Both the position numbers and the translations under genes were made by a program. From NCBI GenBank assembly GCA_016000195.1, contig JAECRO010000002.1:65602-129601 (forward strand): 64,000 nt of DNA, written 5' to 3'. The notes under the pieces are model-generated. The model was not told the DNA's origin. It worked only from the letters and a program-made list of their open reading frames with translations, and did no database searches. Of this stretch, positions 36,446 through 45,991 are shown piece after piece (position 1 is the stretch's first letter; each line of letters opens with the position of its first letter). The stretch is from Burkholderiales bacterium (GTDB lineage: Bacteria; Pseudomonadota; Gammaproteobacteria; Burkholderiales; Burkholderiaceae_C).

Positions 36446-37300
36446 TCATCCGATTCCTGATTTTAAAGGGACAAAGTGGACCGCCTCCAGTAAAGTCTGC
36501 CGAATTCCCTGCGGCGTCCTGTCAATCACCACCAGTGCCTGGGCGCCGCTGGCATCCTGCAGCGGCGCCACCAGGCGCCCGCCCATGGCCAGTTGCCCGG
36601 TCCAGGCCGGCGGAATGGCTTCGCCGCCGGCTGCGGCAATGATGGCGGCATATGGCGCGCCCTTGGCAAAGCCGTGCATGCCGTCGCCAAACAGCAGATG
36701 CACGTTGGCCAGGCGCAGGGTGCGCAGGTTTTCCCTGGCCTTGTCGTGCAGGCCGCGCAGGCGCTCCATGCTGTAAACCTCGGTGGCCAGGTGGCTCAGG
36801 ACGGCCGCCTGGTAGCCGCAGCCGGTGCCGATTTCCAGCACCCGCCCGAGCCGGCCGCTGGCGTCGGTCAGGCCGTGCCGCAGCAATTCGAGCATGCGCG
36901 CCACCACATTCGGCTTGGAGATGGTCTGGCCAAAGCCAATCGGCAGGCTGGTGTCCTCATAGGCCATGCCGGCCAGCGCGGTATCGACAAAATGGTGGCG
37001 CTGCACCGCCCCCATGGCCGCCAGCACCTGCGCATCGTGTAGGCCCTGCTCGGCCAGCCGGCGCACCATGCGCGCGCGCACGGCCGAGTCCAGCCCGAAA
37101 CCGTCCGAGGCTCCGGGCTGGAACGGTTTTTTCAGGTCATTCTGGCCTGCAGCGCTGCTGGAGCTTGCGGAAACAGCTACTTTTTTAATAGCAAAAGAAT
37201 TGCTCTTGACGCCATTGAGCTGCACCGGAAACGCGGGCCGTGAACCGGCTGAAGACAGTTTGCCGGCGGAATCCAGGGGCGGCTTTGACGGGGTCTTCAT
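36446..37300 (-). CDS. pcm: protein-L-isoaspartate O-methyltransferase
   Basis: SAM motif VLEIGTGCGYQAAVLSHL and TISKPNVVARMLELL. There is a 77-aa N-terminal extension. The alternative start MVRRLAEQG (complement 37067-37069) would give the canonical length. Confidence 0.85.
   Translation of the reverse strand: MKTPSKPPLDSAGKLSSAGSRPAFPVQLNGVKSNSFAIKKVAVSASSSSAAGQNDLKKPFQPGASDGFGLDSAVRARMVRRLAEQGLHDAQVLAAMGAVQRHHFVDTALAGMAYEDTSLPIGFGQTISKPNVVARMLELLRHGLTDASGRLGRVLEIGTGCGYQAAVLSHLATEVYSMERLRGLHDKARENLRTLRLANVHLLFGDGMHGFAKGAPYAAIIAAAGGEAIPPAWTGQLAMGGRLVAPLQDASGAQALVVIDRTPQGIRQTLLEAVHFVPLKSGIG
37150..37196 (+). repeat. Short dispersed repeat (SDR family), diverged copy inside the pcm N-terminal extension
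   Basis: GCAGCGCTGCTGGAGCTTGCGGAAACAGCTACTTTTTTAATAGCAAAAG. The opposite strand encodes FAIKKVAVSASSSSA. Confidence 0.55.
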
Positions 37301-37315
37301 GGCTCAATCCCTTTT

Positions 37316-38101
37316 TCAGTGCTTGTGCGTCAGCCGGGCTGCCGTTTGCGCCCAGTAGGGCAGCCGCTCATGATCCGTCAAATCCACCTGCAGCGGCGTG
37401 ATGGACACATAGCCGTGGGTGGTGGCATGAAAGTCGGTGCCCTCGCCGGCTTCCTTGGCCGGGCCGGCGCCGCCTATCCAGTACATATTTTCCCCGCGCG
37501 GGCTGGTCTGCACGATGACGCGCTCGGCCGCATGGCGGCGCCCCAGCCGGCACACCTTGAAGCCCAGGGCCTGCCCGGCCGGCAGGTTGGGAATGTTCAC
37601 GTTGAGCAGCCAGGGCGGAACGGTCGGCTGCGCGCCTTCGGCCACGGCTTCGAGCGAAGGCATCAGTTGCAGCACCAGGTTGCGCGCCTGCTGCGCCGCC
37701 ACGTCGATATGCGTCCAGCCTTTTTCGGTCTGCGAAAACGCAATCGCCGGAATGCCGAACAGATAACCCTCCATAGCCGCGCCGACGGTGCCCGAATAAA
37801 TCGTGTCGTCGCCCATGTTGGCGCCGTTGTTGATGCCCGACACCACCAGGTCGGGCCGGTAGCCCAGCAGGCCGGTCAGGGCAATGTGAACGCAGTCGGC
37901 AGGGGTGCCGTTGATGTAGCGAAAGCCGTTGGCTGCCGTCTGCACATACATTGGCGAATGCAGCGTCAGGGCGTTGGATTTGGCGCTGTTGTTCTGCTCG
38001 GGCGCCACCACCTCGACATCGGCAATGGTTTTCAGCGCTTCATACAGGGCGACGATGCCGCTGGCCTGGTAGCCGTCGTCGTTGCAGATCAGGATTTTCA
38101 T
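37316..38101 (-). CDS. surE: 5'/3'-nucleotidase SurE
   Basis: Start moved to [16 protein letters not shown] (complement 38099-38101). [11 protein letters not shown] motif. Classical surE-pcm-nlpD gene order. Confidence 0.9.
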   Translation of the reverse strand: MKILICNDDGYQASGIVALYEALKTIADVEVVAPEQNNSAKSNALTLHSPMYVQTAANGFRYINGTPADCVHIALTGLLGYRPDLVVSGINNGANMGDDTIYSGTVGAAMEGYLFGIPAIAFSQTEKGWTHIDVAAQQARNLVLQLMPSLEAVAEGAQPTVPPWLLNVNIPNLPAGQALGFKVCRLGRRHAAERVIVQTSPRGENMYWIGGAGPAKEAGEGTDFHATTHGYVSITPLQVDLTDHERLPYWAQTAARLTHKH

Positions 38102-38159
38102 GGCTTCGATTCTAAGGTCACGGTCGAGACAGGCGGCGCGGGTTTTCAGGGGTGCCGGA

Positions 38160-38802
38160 TGCCCACGCACACGATGGCACCGGCTGCGCTGTGCATGCCG
38201 CTGCCGGAAGGCTTTGCGTTTGTCGATGCCGCCGCCTTCATCATGATTTACGCCACCTCGCACCATGCGCTGGCTGACCGGGCGCGGCTTTTGCCCGGCG
38301 AAACCGTGCTGGTGCTGGGCGCCGGGTCATCGCGGCGGCCTCCAGCGACGGAAAATGCGCGCTCTGCCAGTCCATCGGCGCCGACGTCACCATCAACTAC
38401 AGCACGCAAGACCTGCGCGAAGCCGTCAAGCTGCTGACGAACGGCAAAGGCCCGGACGTGATCTATGACCCGGTGGGCGGCGACCTGGCCGAGCCGGCGT
38501 TTCGCTCGATTGCCTGGCGCGGCCGCTACCTGGTGGTGGGGTTCGCCGGCGGAAGCATTCCCGCGCTGCCGCTGAACCTGACGCTGCTCAAGGGCGCATC
38601 CATCGTTGGCGTGTTCTGGGGCGGCTTTGCCAGGAACGAGCCCAAGGCCAACGCCAGCGCCATGACCGAGCTGGCGCAGTGGTGTGCGCAGGGAAAGATC
38701 AAGCCGGTGATTGACCGCACACTGTCCATGGCCGAGCTGAAGCAGGCCTATGCGCGCATGGGCTCGCGCGGGGTGATGGGCAAACTGGTGATGCCCAACT
38801 GA
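38160..38802 (+). pseudogene. NADPH:quinone oxidoreductase (zinc-ADH/MDR family) remnant, 5'-truncated with an internal deletion and frameshift
   Basis: Frame 2 reads ...[50 protein letters not shown]. Homology then continues in frame 1 from 38326 as [25 protein letters not shown]...DVIYDPVGG...GKLVMPN. The Gly-rich cofactor loop expected between these segments is missing, and so is the whole N-terminal catalytic domain, because the surE start is only about 60 bp upstream. Confidence 0.7.
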
Positions 38803-38820
38803 CGCGAAGCGCTTCAGGGT

Positions 38821-39681
38821 TCAGACCGTTGCCATGTTGGCGGAAAAGTGCTTAAGGTAGCGCGGCGGCAGGTCTGCCACGCGCATCATCATCGGCAGGT
38901 CGGCCGAATTGAAGTCCGGGTCCCAGGCCGGCGCACCCAGCACCCTTGCGCCCAGGCGCAGGTAGCCCTTGATCAGCGCAGGCGGCTCGACCACCAGCGA
39001 GTCGTCCAGCTGCTCCACCGGCAGGGCCAGGCGCGGCGTGACCCGGTATTCAATCGCCGCCAGGTGCGTCTGCCTGAGCTGGCGCCAGATGCTGGCGGCG
39101 GCATGCCCGCCCGACACGCCGTTGTGCTGCATCGGAATGCTGGCGCAGCCGATCATGGTGTCGAGCTGGTTGCGGCCCATGAACTCGGCCAGCGCGGCCC
39201 ACAGCGCCAGGATCACGCCGCCGTGCCGGTGGTCGGCATGCACACAGCTGCGGCCCAGCTCGACCATGCGCTGGCGCAGGCCACGCAGCCGGACCAGGTC
39301 AAACTCGATGTCGCTGTAGGTGCTGCCGGCGCGCCTGGCCTGCGTCGGGGTCAGCACCCGGTAGGTGCCGATCACCTGTCCGCTGGCCGAGTCGCGCACC
39401 AGCAGGTGCTCGCAGTAGTCATCGAACAGGTCAATGTCGTGGCCGGGCACGATTTTGGGCAGGGTGGCGCCCATTTCCAGCGCAAACACCTGATACCTCA
39501 GTCGTTGCGCTTCGCGCACTTCGTCCTGGTGCCGGGCCCAGCTGACCGAAACTTTCCCCACGGCCGGGGCTGGAACCTGGACCAAAGAGGCTGGAATGAG
39601 CGCATGAGCGCTTTGATGAAGTGACCTCCGTGGCATTCCGACAGGCGAAAATGCAAAGGTTGGGGTGGGCAGTTCTTTCAT
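38821..39681 (-). CDS. GNAT-type N-acyltransferase, OlsB/hemolysin-like (lyso-ornithine-lipid synthase family)
   Basis: Start at MKELPTP (AGGAA ribosome-binding site). RLRYQVFALEMGA, DDYCEHLLVRD, GTYRVL and ELGRSCVHADHR motifs. No olsA gene is adjacent. Confidence 0.75.
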   Translation of the reverse strand: MKELPTPTFAFSPVGMPRRSLHQSAHALIPASLVQVPAPAVGKVSVSWARHQDEVREAQRLRYQVFALEMGATLPKIVPGHDIDLFDDYCEHLLVRDSASGQVIGTYRVLTPTQARRAGSTYSDIEFDLVRLRGLRQRMVELGRSCVHADHRHGGVILALWAALAEFMGRNQLDTMIGCASIPMQHNGVSGGHAAASIWRQLRQTHLAAIEYRVTPRLALPVEQLDDSLVVEPPALIKGYLRLGARVLGAPAWDPDFNSADLPMMMRVADLPPRYLKHFSANMATV

Positions 39682-39753
39682 GGCTGATTCCTGGTTCTCG
39701 GGGTCAATCACACAGCGCCGGGCCTGCCAATGCATTCCCTGCGCACGGGTCGT

Positions 39754-39776
39754 AAAAAAGCCCCTGGAAAGGGGCT
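39754..39776 (-). terminator. Rho-independent terminator (minus strand)
   Basis: The minus strand reads AGCCCCTTTCCAGGGGCT followed by TTTTTT, 17 bp after the stop of the 86-aa ORF. Confidence 0.75.
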
Positions 39777-39792
39777 GGAAACGGGTGGCGCA

Positions 39793-40053
39793 TCAACTGG
39801 CGGCAGGCCGCGTTTTGACATCCACGCACTGGCCATGGCGCCCGGCGGATGCCGACAGGCCTTCCAGCCAGGGCCGGGTGCCGGGCTTGAAGCGCAAGCC
39901 GCCGGGGCTGCTGGCCATGGCGTGGGCGGTGCAGCGAAGAATGCGCAGCCGCTGCCTGTCAAGTTCGTGAATTGCAGCGCTGGCGGCGTGGCCAGGGCTT
40001 TGCGGGTGTTCAGCGGCGGGTTTCATGTCCAATGCCATTGCGTACTCCATCAA
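39793..40053 (-). CDS. hypothetical 86-aa protein with no family recognised
   Basis: ORF-track entry MMEYAMALDMKPAAEHPQSPGH... G/C-rich third codon positions are consistent with coding. A GGAG-like site lies before the ATG and the ORF has its own downstream terminator. No motif was recognised. Confidence 0.3.
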   Translation of the reverse strand: MMEYAMALDMKPAAEHPQSPGHAASAAIHELDRQRLRILRCTAHAMASSPGGLRFKPGTRPWLEGLSASAGRHGQCVDVKTRPAAS

Positions 40054-40200
40054 GCGGTAATGACGGAATTCTGGGCGCCGGGGGTGACGGGGCCGTGTCA
40101 GTTAAGTGGCAGTTGTATGACAGGACGCCAGGCGGGCTTGGGAGCGGCCCGGGCGCTATTGAATCAGGAGCTGCCTGCGCAGGCAGGCCGTGCGCAAACA

Positions 40201-40229
40201 GCCGATTTCATCGATAAATCGGCATTTTT
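40201..40229. terminator. hairpin terminator at the arsH 3' end; the stronger T-tract is on the + strand
   Basis: GCCGATTT-catcgat-AAATCGGC followed by ATTTTT on the + strand. The minus-strand tail is TGTTTG. Confidence 0.55.
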
Positions 40230-40230
40230 G

Positions 40231-40938
40231 TTACAGCGTGCGCTGGTTCACCCGCCGGGACAGCGCTTCGGCGCTTTCCCGGCGCTCGCTGTAGCGGTCC
40301 ACCAGGTAAGGCGACAAATCCCGCGTCAGCAAGGTGAACTTGACGAGTTCCTCCATCACATCGACCACCCGGTCGTAGTAAGCCGAGGGTTTCATGCGGC
40401 CGGCTTCGTCAAACTCCAGGAAGGCCTTGGCCACCGACGACTGGTTGGGAATCGTCAGCATGCGCATCCAGCGGCCCAGCACGCGCAGCTGGTTGACGGC
40501 ATTGAAGGACTGCGAGCCGCCCGAGACCTGCATCAGCGCCAGCGTCTTGCCCTGCGTCGGGCGCACCGCGCCCGACGCCAGCGGAATCCAGTCGATCTGC
40601 GCCTTCATGATGCCGGTCATGGCGCCGTGGCGTTCGGGCGATGTCCAGACCATGCCCTCGGCCCACTGCGCCAGTTGCCGCAGCTCCTGCACCTTCGGGT
40701 GGGTGTCGGGCGTGTCGTCGGGCAACGGCAGGCTGCGCGGGTCGAAGGTGCGGGTGTCGCAGCCCATGGCCTGCAGCAGCCGCGCCGCCTCCTCGCTCAG
40801 CAGCCGGCTGTAGGAGCGCTCGCGCACCGAGCCGTAGAGCAGCAGGATGCGCGGCGCGTGCAGGCTGGGCGCAGGCGTTTGCAACTGCTCCCGCGTGGGC
40901 CGCGCAAAAAGCGCCGGGTCGATGTTGGGCAGGTCCAT
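40231..40938 (-). CDS. arsH: arsenical-resistance NADPH-dependent FMN reductase ArsH
   Basis: [39 protein letters not shown] and [26 protein letters not shown] motifs. Start moved to MDLPNIDP so it does not overlap arsC. Confidence 0.88.
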   Translation of the reverse strand: MDLPNIDPALFARPTREQLQTPAPSLHAPRILLLYGSVRERSYSRLLSEEAARLLQAMGCDTRTFDPRSLPLPDDTPDTHPKVQELRQLAQWAEGMVWTSPERHGAMTGIMKAQIDWIPLASGAVRPTQGKTLALMQVSGGSQSFNAVNQLRVLGRWMRMLTIPNQSSVAKAFLEFDEAGRMKPSAYYDRVVDVMEELVKFTLLTRDLSPYLVDRYSERRESAEALSRRVNQRTL

Positions 40939-40960
40939 GGCGAGGGACGCGGCGGGGGCA

Positions 40961-41392
40961 TTAGCGTGCGGCAACACGCTCTCCCTGTGCATTGACGACC
41001 GGCTCGCCGTCCTCCTTGCTGAAGGCGGCGCGTTGCGGCAGCGGCAGGATGTCCAGCACGGCTTCCGACGGGCGGCACAGGCGCGTGCCCAGCTTTGTCA
41101 CCACGATGGGCCGGTTGATCAGGATGGGATGGGCCAGCATGGCATCGACCAGCGCGTCGTCGCCAATGGCGGGCTGGTCCAGCCCCAGCTCCGCGTACAG
41201 CGCTTCCTTGCGCCGCATCATTTCGCGCACCGGCACGGCCATTTGCGCGATCAGCGCCAGCAGGGTGTCGCGCGTGGGCGGTGTTTTCAGGTAGTCGATG
41301 ACCGCGGGCTCCTCGCCGCTGTTGCGGATCAGCGCCAGCACATTGCGCGAGGTGCCGCATTTCGGGTTGTGATAAATCGTCACATGGGACAT
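40961..41392 (-). CDS. arsC: arsenate reductase, glutaredoxin-coupled (R773 ArsC type)
   Basis: [19 protein letters not shown] with the catalytic Cys, plus [10 protein letters not shown]. Confidence 0.88.
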   Translation of the reverse strand: MSHVTIYHNPKCGTSRNVLALIRNSGEEPAVIDYLKTPPTRDTLLALIAQMAVPVREMMRRKEALYAELGLDQPAIGDDALVDAMLAHPILINRPIVVTKLGTRLCRPSEAVLDILPLPQRAAFSKEDGEPVVNAQGERVAAR

Positions 41393-41454
41393 GTACAGTT
41401 TCTCCAGTTAAATTTTTACGCCGGCCGGATGGAAAAATAAACTCAATTCCATAT

Positions 41455-41470
41455 TTCAATTATAGTTGAA
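41455..41470. promoter_or_regulatory. possible ArsR operator in the divergent ars promoter region
   Basis: Imperfect palindrome TTCAA-ttatag-TTGAA, 3 bp before the arsR ATG, in an A/T-rich 80-bp divergent spacer. Confidence 0.25.
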
Positions 41471-41472
41471 CT

Positions 41473-41826
41473 ATGCAAATAGAAACCCTTCCCGAACTCC
41501 TCGCGCCGCTCGACGAGCCAGCCGCTGTCAAGGCGCTGGCCGCGCTGGCGCAGGCGCAGCGCCTGCGCGTTTTCCGCGCGCTGGTGGTGGCCGGACCCGA
41601 CGGGCTGACGCCGGGCGTGATGGCCGAACAACTGGCCGTGGCGCCGAGCGCGCTGTCCTTTCACCTCAAGGAGCTGGCCCATTCCGGCCTGGTCAGCAGC
41701 GAGCCGCGCGGCCGCAACCTGATTTACCGCGCCAGCATCGCGCACATGAACGCCCTGCTGGCCTACCTGACCGAGCATTGCTGCGAAGGCCAGCCCTGCG
41801 GCGCCGGCGCGGCGGCGGTTTGCTGA
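41473..41826 (+). CDS. arsR: ArsR/SmtB-family metalloregulator
   Basis: HTH region LRVFRALVVAGPDGLTPGVMAEQLAVAPSALSFHLKEL and a C-terminal Cys cluster HCCEGQPCG. Confidence 0.88.
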   Translation: MQIETLPELLAPLDEPAAVKALAALAQAQRLRVFRALVVAGPDGLTPGVMAEQLAVAPSALSFHLKELAHSGLVSSEPRGRNLIYRASIAHMNALLAYLTEHCCEGQPCGAGAAAVC

Positions 41827-41847
41827 TGATTCAATGCATTTTTGCCA

Positions 41848-41895
41848 CTCTGCGCAGGTCCAGCATGCGCAAGCAGCTATCAACTTAATAGCAAT
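41848..41895 (+). repeat. Short dispersed repeat (SDR family), copy between arsR and arsC2
   Basis: CTCTGCGCAggtccagcaTGCGCAAGCAGCTATCAACTTAATAGCAATC. Confidence 0.8.
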
Positions 41896-41923
41896 CAATT
41901 CTTTCACCCACCGAGTCATCACC

Positions 41924-42424
41924 ATGTCTGAACGCCCGCTCCACGTTTTATTTCTGTGCACCCACAACTCGGCGCGCAGCATTTTGGCCGAAGCCATCCT
42001 GAACCACATTGGCCAGGGCCGCTTCAAGGCTTTTTCGGCCGGCAGCCATCCGCATGAAAACCAGCAGCCGAATCCGCTCGGGCTGCAGGTGCTGCGCCAG
42101 GCCGGCATTTCCACCGAAGGCCTGCACAGCAAAAGCTGGGATGAGTTCGGCCAGCCTGACGCGCCGCGCATGGACCTGGTCATCACCGTCTGCGACAACG
42201 CGGCCGGCGAGGTCTGCCCCTACTGGCCCGGCCAGCCCGCCACCGCGCACTGGGGCTACCCCGACCCGTCGGAAGTCGAAGGCAGCGGGGCGCAAAAGCT
42301 CGAAGCCTTTCGGCAAACCTTTCTGGCCCTGCACCGCCGGCTGGCCCTGCTGGTCAGCCTGCCGGCCGAAAAACTCGAACGCGCGATGCTGCAAGGCACG
42401 GCCCGCGACCTGGGCCGGTCCTAG
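41924..42424 (+). CDS. arsC: arsenate reductase, thioredoxin-coupled LMW-PTP type
   Basis: Start moved to ATG 41924. VLFLCTHNSARSILAEA (CX5R P-loop). Length 166 aa. Confidence 0.88.
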   Translation: MSERPLHVLFLCTHNSARSILAEAILNHIGQGRFKAFSAGSHPHENQQPNPLGLQVLRQAGISTEGLHSKSWDEFGQPDAPRMDLVITVCDNAAGEVCPYWPGQPATAHWGYPDPSEVEGSGAQKLEAFRQTFLALHRRLALLVSLPAEKLERAMLQGTARDLGRS

Positions 42425-42526
42425 GCCCGCCTCGGGCAAAACCGCCGCCGATTTCCGGCTGTGCCCATCGTTCGCACCGGCACGCCCCGGAAAAATAACC
42501 CCAAACCCCCCGCTCAAAGGACTTTC

Positions 42527-43813
42527 GTGCTTGTCGCCCTGTTGATTTTTATCGCCACCCTCACGCTGGTCATCTGGCAGCCTCGCGGCCTGGGCATCGG
42601 CTGGAGTGCCTCGCTGGGCGCCCTGGCCGCCCTGCTGTCGGGCGTGGTCCAGCCCGGTGACATCCTGGTCGTCTGGCACATCGTCTGGAACGCCACCGCC
42701 ACCTTCATTGCCGTCATCATCATCAGCCTGGTGCTGGACGAAGCCGGCTTTTTTGAGTGGTCAGCCCTGCATGTGGCACGCTGGGGCGGCGGCAGGGGCC
42801 GCTGGCTGTTTGCACTGATCGTGCTGCTGGGCGCCTGCGTGGCGGCGCTGTTCGCCAACGATGGCGCGGCGCTCATCCTGACGCCCATCGTGATGGCCAT
42901 GCTGCTGGCGCTCGGCTTCAGCCCGGCGGCGACGCTGGCCTTCGTGATGGCCGCCGGGTTCATTGCCGACGTGGCCAGCCTGCCGCTGGTGGTGTCCAAC
43001 CTGGTCAACATCGTGTCGGCCGACTTTTTCAGGATCGGCTTCAACGCCTACGCCGCCGTGATGATTCCGGTCAACATCGCCGCCATCCTGTCGGCCCTGG
43101 CGGTGCTGATGCTTTATTTCCGGCGCGACATCCCGCGCCACTACGATGTCGCCCAGCTCCGGCAACCCGCCACCGCCATCCGCGACGCGGCCACCTTTCG
43201 GGTCGGCTGGGTGGTGCTGCTGATGCTGCTGCTGGGCTTTTTCGGCCTGGAGCCGATGGGCGTTCCGGTCAGCGCCACGGCAGCGGTCTGCGCGGTGCTG
43301 CTGCTGCTCGTGGCTGGGCGTGGGCATGTCATCAGCACGCGCAAGGTGATGCGCGGCGCGCCGTGGCAAATCGTCGTCTTTTCGCTGGGCATGTACCTGG
43401 TGGTGTACGGCCTGCGCAACCAGGGCCTGACGGCGCAAATCGCCGTGCTGCTGGACTACTTCGCCGCCGGGGGCGTCTGGGGCGCGGCCTTTGGCACCGG
43501 ATTCCTGACGGCTCTGCTGTCGTCCGTGATGAACAACATGCCCACCGTGCTGGTGGGCGCGCTGTCGATTGAAGCGACGCAGGCCACCGGCGTGGTCCGG
43601 GAAGCCATGATTTACGCCAATGTGATCGGCAGCGACCTCGGCCCCAAGATCACCCCCATCGGCTCGCTGGCCACGCTGCTGTGGCTGCATGTGCTGGCGC
43701 GCAAGGGCATGACGATTGGCTGGGGCTACTACTTCAAGGTGGGCATCGTGCTGACCGTTCCGGTGCTGGCGGTGGCGCTGGCGGCACTGGCGCTGCGCCT
43801 GACGCTGTGGTGA
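42527..43813 (+). CDS. arsB: arsenite efflux permease ArsB (ArsB/NhaD family)
   Basis: Start placed at GTG 42527 (AAGGA ribosome-binding site 6 nt upstream), so the N-terminus [32 protein letters not shown] aligns with my recollection of the E. coli ArsB N-terminus. Confidence 0.85.
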   Translation: MLVALLIFIATLTLVIWQPRGLGIGWSASLGALAALLSGVVQPGDILVVWHIVWNATATFIAVIIISLVLDEAGFFEWSALHVARWGGGRGRWLFALIVLLGACVAALFANDGAALILTPIVMAMLLALGFSPAATLAFVMAAGFIADVASLPLVVSNLVNIVSADFFRIGFNAYAAVMIPVNIAAILSALAVLMLYFRRDIPRHYDVAQLRQPATAIRDAATFRVGWVVLLMLLLGFFGLEPMGVPVSATAAVCAVLLLLVAGRGHVISTRKVMRGAPWQIVVFSLGMYLVVYGLRNQGLTAQIAVLLDYFAAGGVWGAAFGTGFLTALLSSVMNNMPTVLVGALSIEATQATGVVREAMIYANVIGSDLGPKITPIGSLATLLWLHVLARKGMTIGWGYYFKVGIVLTVPVLAVALAALALRLTLW

Positions 43814-43877
43814 CGGGCGCTGGTTTCGGCTGGCAAAAAGAAGGTTTTCATGCCTTGCCGCAGGATGCGGTAGCGCT

Positions 43878-44390
43878 TCACGCCAGCCACTTCTGATAAA
43901 ACTGCGCCCGGCCCATCGCCGGGTCCAGCTGGTAGCCGGCAAAGCCCACGCGTTCATACAGCCGGACCGCGCTGGCGTTGCCGGCAAGCACTTCCAGCGT
44001 CAGCTTGCAGGCGCCGCGCTCGCGGGCTATGGTTTCGGCCAGCGCCAGCATCTGCCCGGCCACGCGCTGGCCCCGGTGGCTGGGCATGACCGCCACGTCG
44101 TGGATATTGACCAGCGGGCGGCAGGCAAAGGTTGAAAAACCTTCGATGCAGTTGACCAGGCCCACCGCTTGCCCGCCCGCAAACGCCAGCACGCTGAAGG
44201 CCTGCGGCCGCGCGGCCAGCGCTGCAACCAGATGGGTTTTGGCAAACTCGCTGAGCGCTTCGCCACCGCCGGCCGGGTCTTGCGCATAGGCGTCGAGCAG
44301 GCGGACCAGCGCATCGGCATGCACAGGGTCGTGGTAGTCGGCCCGGCAGATGCGCAGGGGTAAAACGGTGGAGGAAATGGAGTCGGTCAC
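43878..44390 (-). CDS. GNAT-family N-acetyltransferase
   Basis: Acetyl-CoA motif HRGQRVAGQML and VRLYERVGF. GTG start. Confidence 0.75.
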   Translation of the reverse strand: MTDSISSTVLPLRICRADYHDPVHADALVRLLDAYAQDPAGGGEALSEFAKTHLVAALAARPQAFSVLAFAGGQAVGLVNCIEGFSTFACRPLVNIHDVAVMPSHRGQRVAGQMLALAETIARERGACKLTLEVLAGNASAVRLYERVGFAGYQLDPAMGRAQFYQKWLA

Positions 44391-44587
44391 GCGTCGCTTC
44401 TTTCGCTGAATACAGGAGCGTGGATTTTAAGGACCGGCTTTACAGCAGGTTTACCGGCCTATTTCCCCGGCCTGCATCTGCCCGGGTGCGCTTGCAGGGA
44501 TAATTATTTGGCGCTGATTCAGCGCTGCGCCCCGGCCTTCAGACCGGGGCTGCGGATGGCTCATCCCATCGACTACAAAACATCAAA

Positions 44588-45991
44588 ATGCCGCGCCCAG
44601 CCACCCTGTCGCGGCATGCAACAGGACCGCTGATGGACCCCCAAGTGACGACTCCGCCCATCCACGCCAAGACGGTTCCCGAGCAATCCACGCAACCCGC
44701 CAAGCGCCCGGGCCGCCGCGCGCGCATCGTGGGCGGCCTGCTGGCCATGCTGGCGCTGGGCGGCACCGGCTGGCTGGCCTGGCGCCTGACGCATCCCGAT
44801 ACCTCAGCCGGCACGACTGCCGGCGCGGCGGGCGGACGGCGCGGTGCACCAGCCACCACCGTCGGCGTGGCCACGGCGGAAAGCACAAGCATTCCGATCA
44901 TCCTCGAAGCCCTGGGCACGGTCACGCCGCAGGCCACCGTCAAGGTCAGGCCGCAGGTCTCGGGCGTGATGGAAAAGGTGCTGTTCAAGGAAGGTCAGAT
45001 GGTGCGCGCCGGCGAGCTGATGGCAACCATAGACCCGCGCCAGTTCGAACTGGCGCTGATGCAGGCCAGCGGCCAGCGCCAGCAGGGCGAGGCGCAACTC
45101 GCCAGCGCCCGCATCACGCTGGCGCGTTTCAGGACGCTGCTGGGGCAGGACTCGATTGCGCGCCAGGAAGTCGATACGCAGGACGCGCTGGTCAAGCAGC
45201 TCGAAGGCACGGTGGTGATCGACAAGGCCAATGAAGGCACGGCGCGCTTGAACCTGGGCTATGCCCGCGTGGTCGCGCCCATCAGCGGCCGCGTCGGTCT
45301 GCGCACCGTCGATGTGGGCAACATCGTCAGCAGCAGCGACGCCAGCGGCATTGCAGTCATCACGCAGCTCAGCCCGATTGACGTGGTGTTTGCCGTGCCG
45401 CAGGACCAGGCGGGCGAGTTGCAGCAGGCCGCCGCGCTTGGCACGGCCATGAAGGTCACAGCGCTCGACCGGACCCGCGCCAGCGCACTCGACAGCGGCA
45501 TGTTCGCCTCGCTGGACAACCAGGTCGATACCACGACCGGCACGGTCAAGGCCAAGGCGCGTTTCGCCAACCGCCAGCTGGCGCTGTTCCCCAGCCAGTT
45601 CGTCAATGTGCGGCTGGAGCTGCGCACGATTGACAACGCGGTGACGGTGCCGGTGGCGGCGCTGCGCCACGGCAATGCCGGCGACTATGTGTATGTGGTG
45701 AATGCCAGCGAGCGCACCGTCAGCCTGCGGAAGGTAGAACGCGGCCAGGCCACGGCGGACAGGGTCCAGATCACCGCCGGCCTGAAGGCGGGCGAGCAGG
45801 TCATCACCGAAGGCGCCGACCGGCTCAAGGACGGCGCCTCCGTGGTGCTGCCGGGCGACAGCCCCAAAGGCATGAGCGGCGCGGGCGGCGGCAAGCGCAA
45901 GCGACCCGGCGCGCCAGCCGATGGCGCGCCGGCAGCCGGCGCTTCCAGCCCGCAACGCCACCGGCGCGCTTCGCAAGCCGAGGGCGCATGA
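44588..45991 (+). CDS. mdtA: RND efflux periplasmic adaptor (MdtA-like)
   Basis: N-terminal TM/signal anchor, alpha-hairpin and lipoyl-like regions ([23 protein letters not shown]). The stop overlaps the mdtB ATG (ATGA). Confidence 0.85.
   Translation: MPRPATLSRHATGPLMDPQVTTPPIHAKTVPEQSTQPAKRPGRRARIVGGLLAMLALGGTGWLAWRLTHPDTSAGTTAGAAGGRRGAPATTVGVATAESTSIPIILEALGTVTPQATVKVRPQVSGVMEKVLFKEGQMVRAGELMATIDPRQFELALMQASGQRQQGEAQLASARITLARFRTLLGQDSIARQEVDTQDALVKQLEGTVVIDKANEGTARLNLGYARVVAPISGRVGLRTVDVGNIVSSSDASGIAVITQLSPIDVVFAVPQDQAGELQQAAALGTAMKVTALDRTRASALDSGMFASLDNQVDTTTGTVKAKARFANRQLALFPSQFVNVRLELRTIDNAVTVPVAALRHGNAGDYVYVVNASERTVSLRKVERGQATADRVQITAGLKAGEQVITEGADRLKDGASVVLPGDSPKGMSGAGGGKRKRPGAPADGAPAAGASSPQRHRRASQAEGA

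Noticed and set aside
39730-40995. 421-aa + strand ORF spanning the orphan interval and arsH
   Set aside because: It is antisense to arsH, which matches the ArsH family along its full length. No motifs are present.
43878-44390. GNAT next to arsB as an ArsN-type arsinothricin acetyltransferase
   Set aside because: Only the generic GNAT acetyl-CoA motif was recognised. The gene is convergent to arsB, and I cannot support the specific family without a search.
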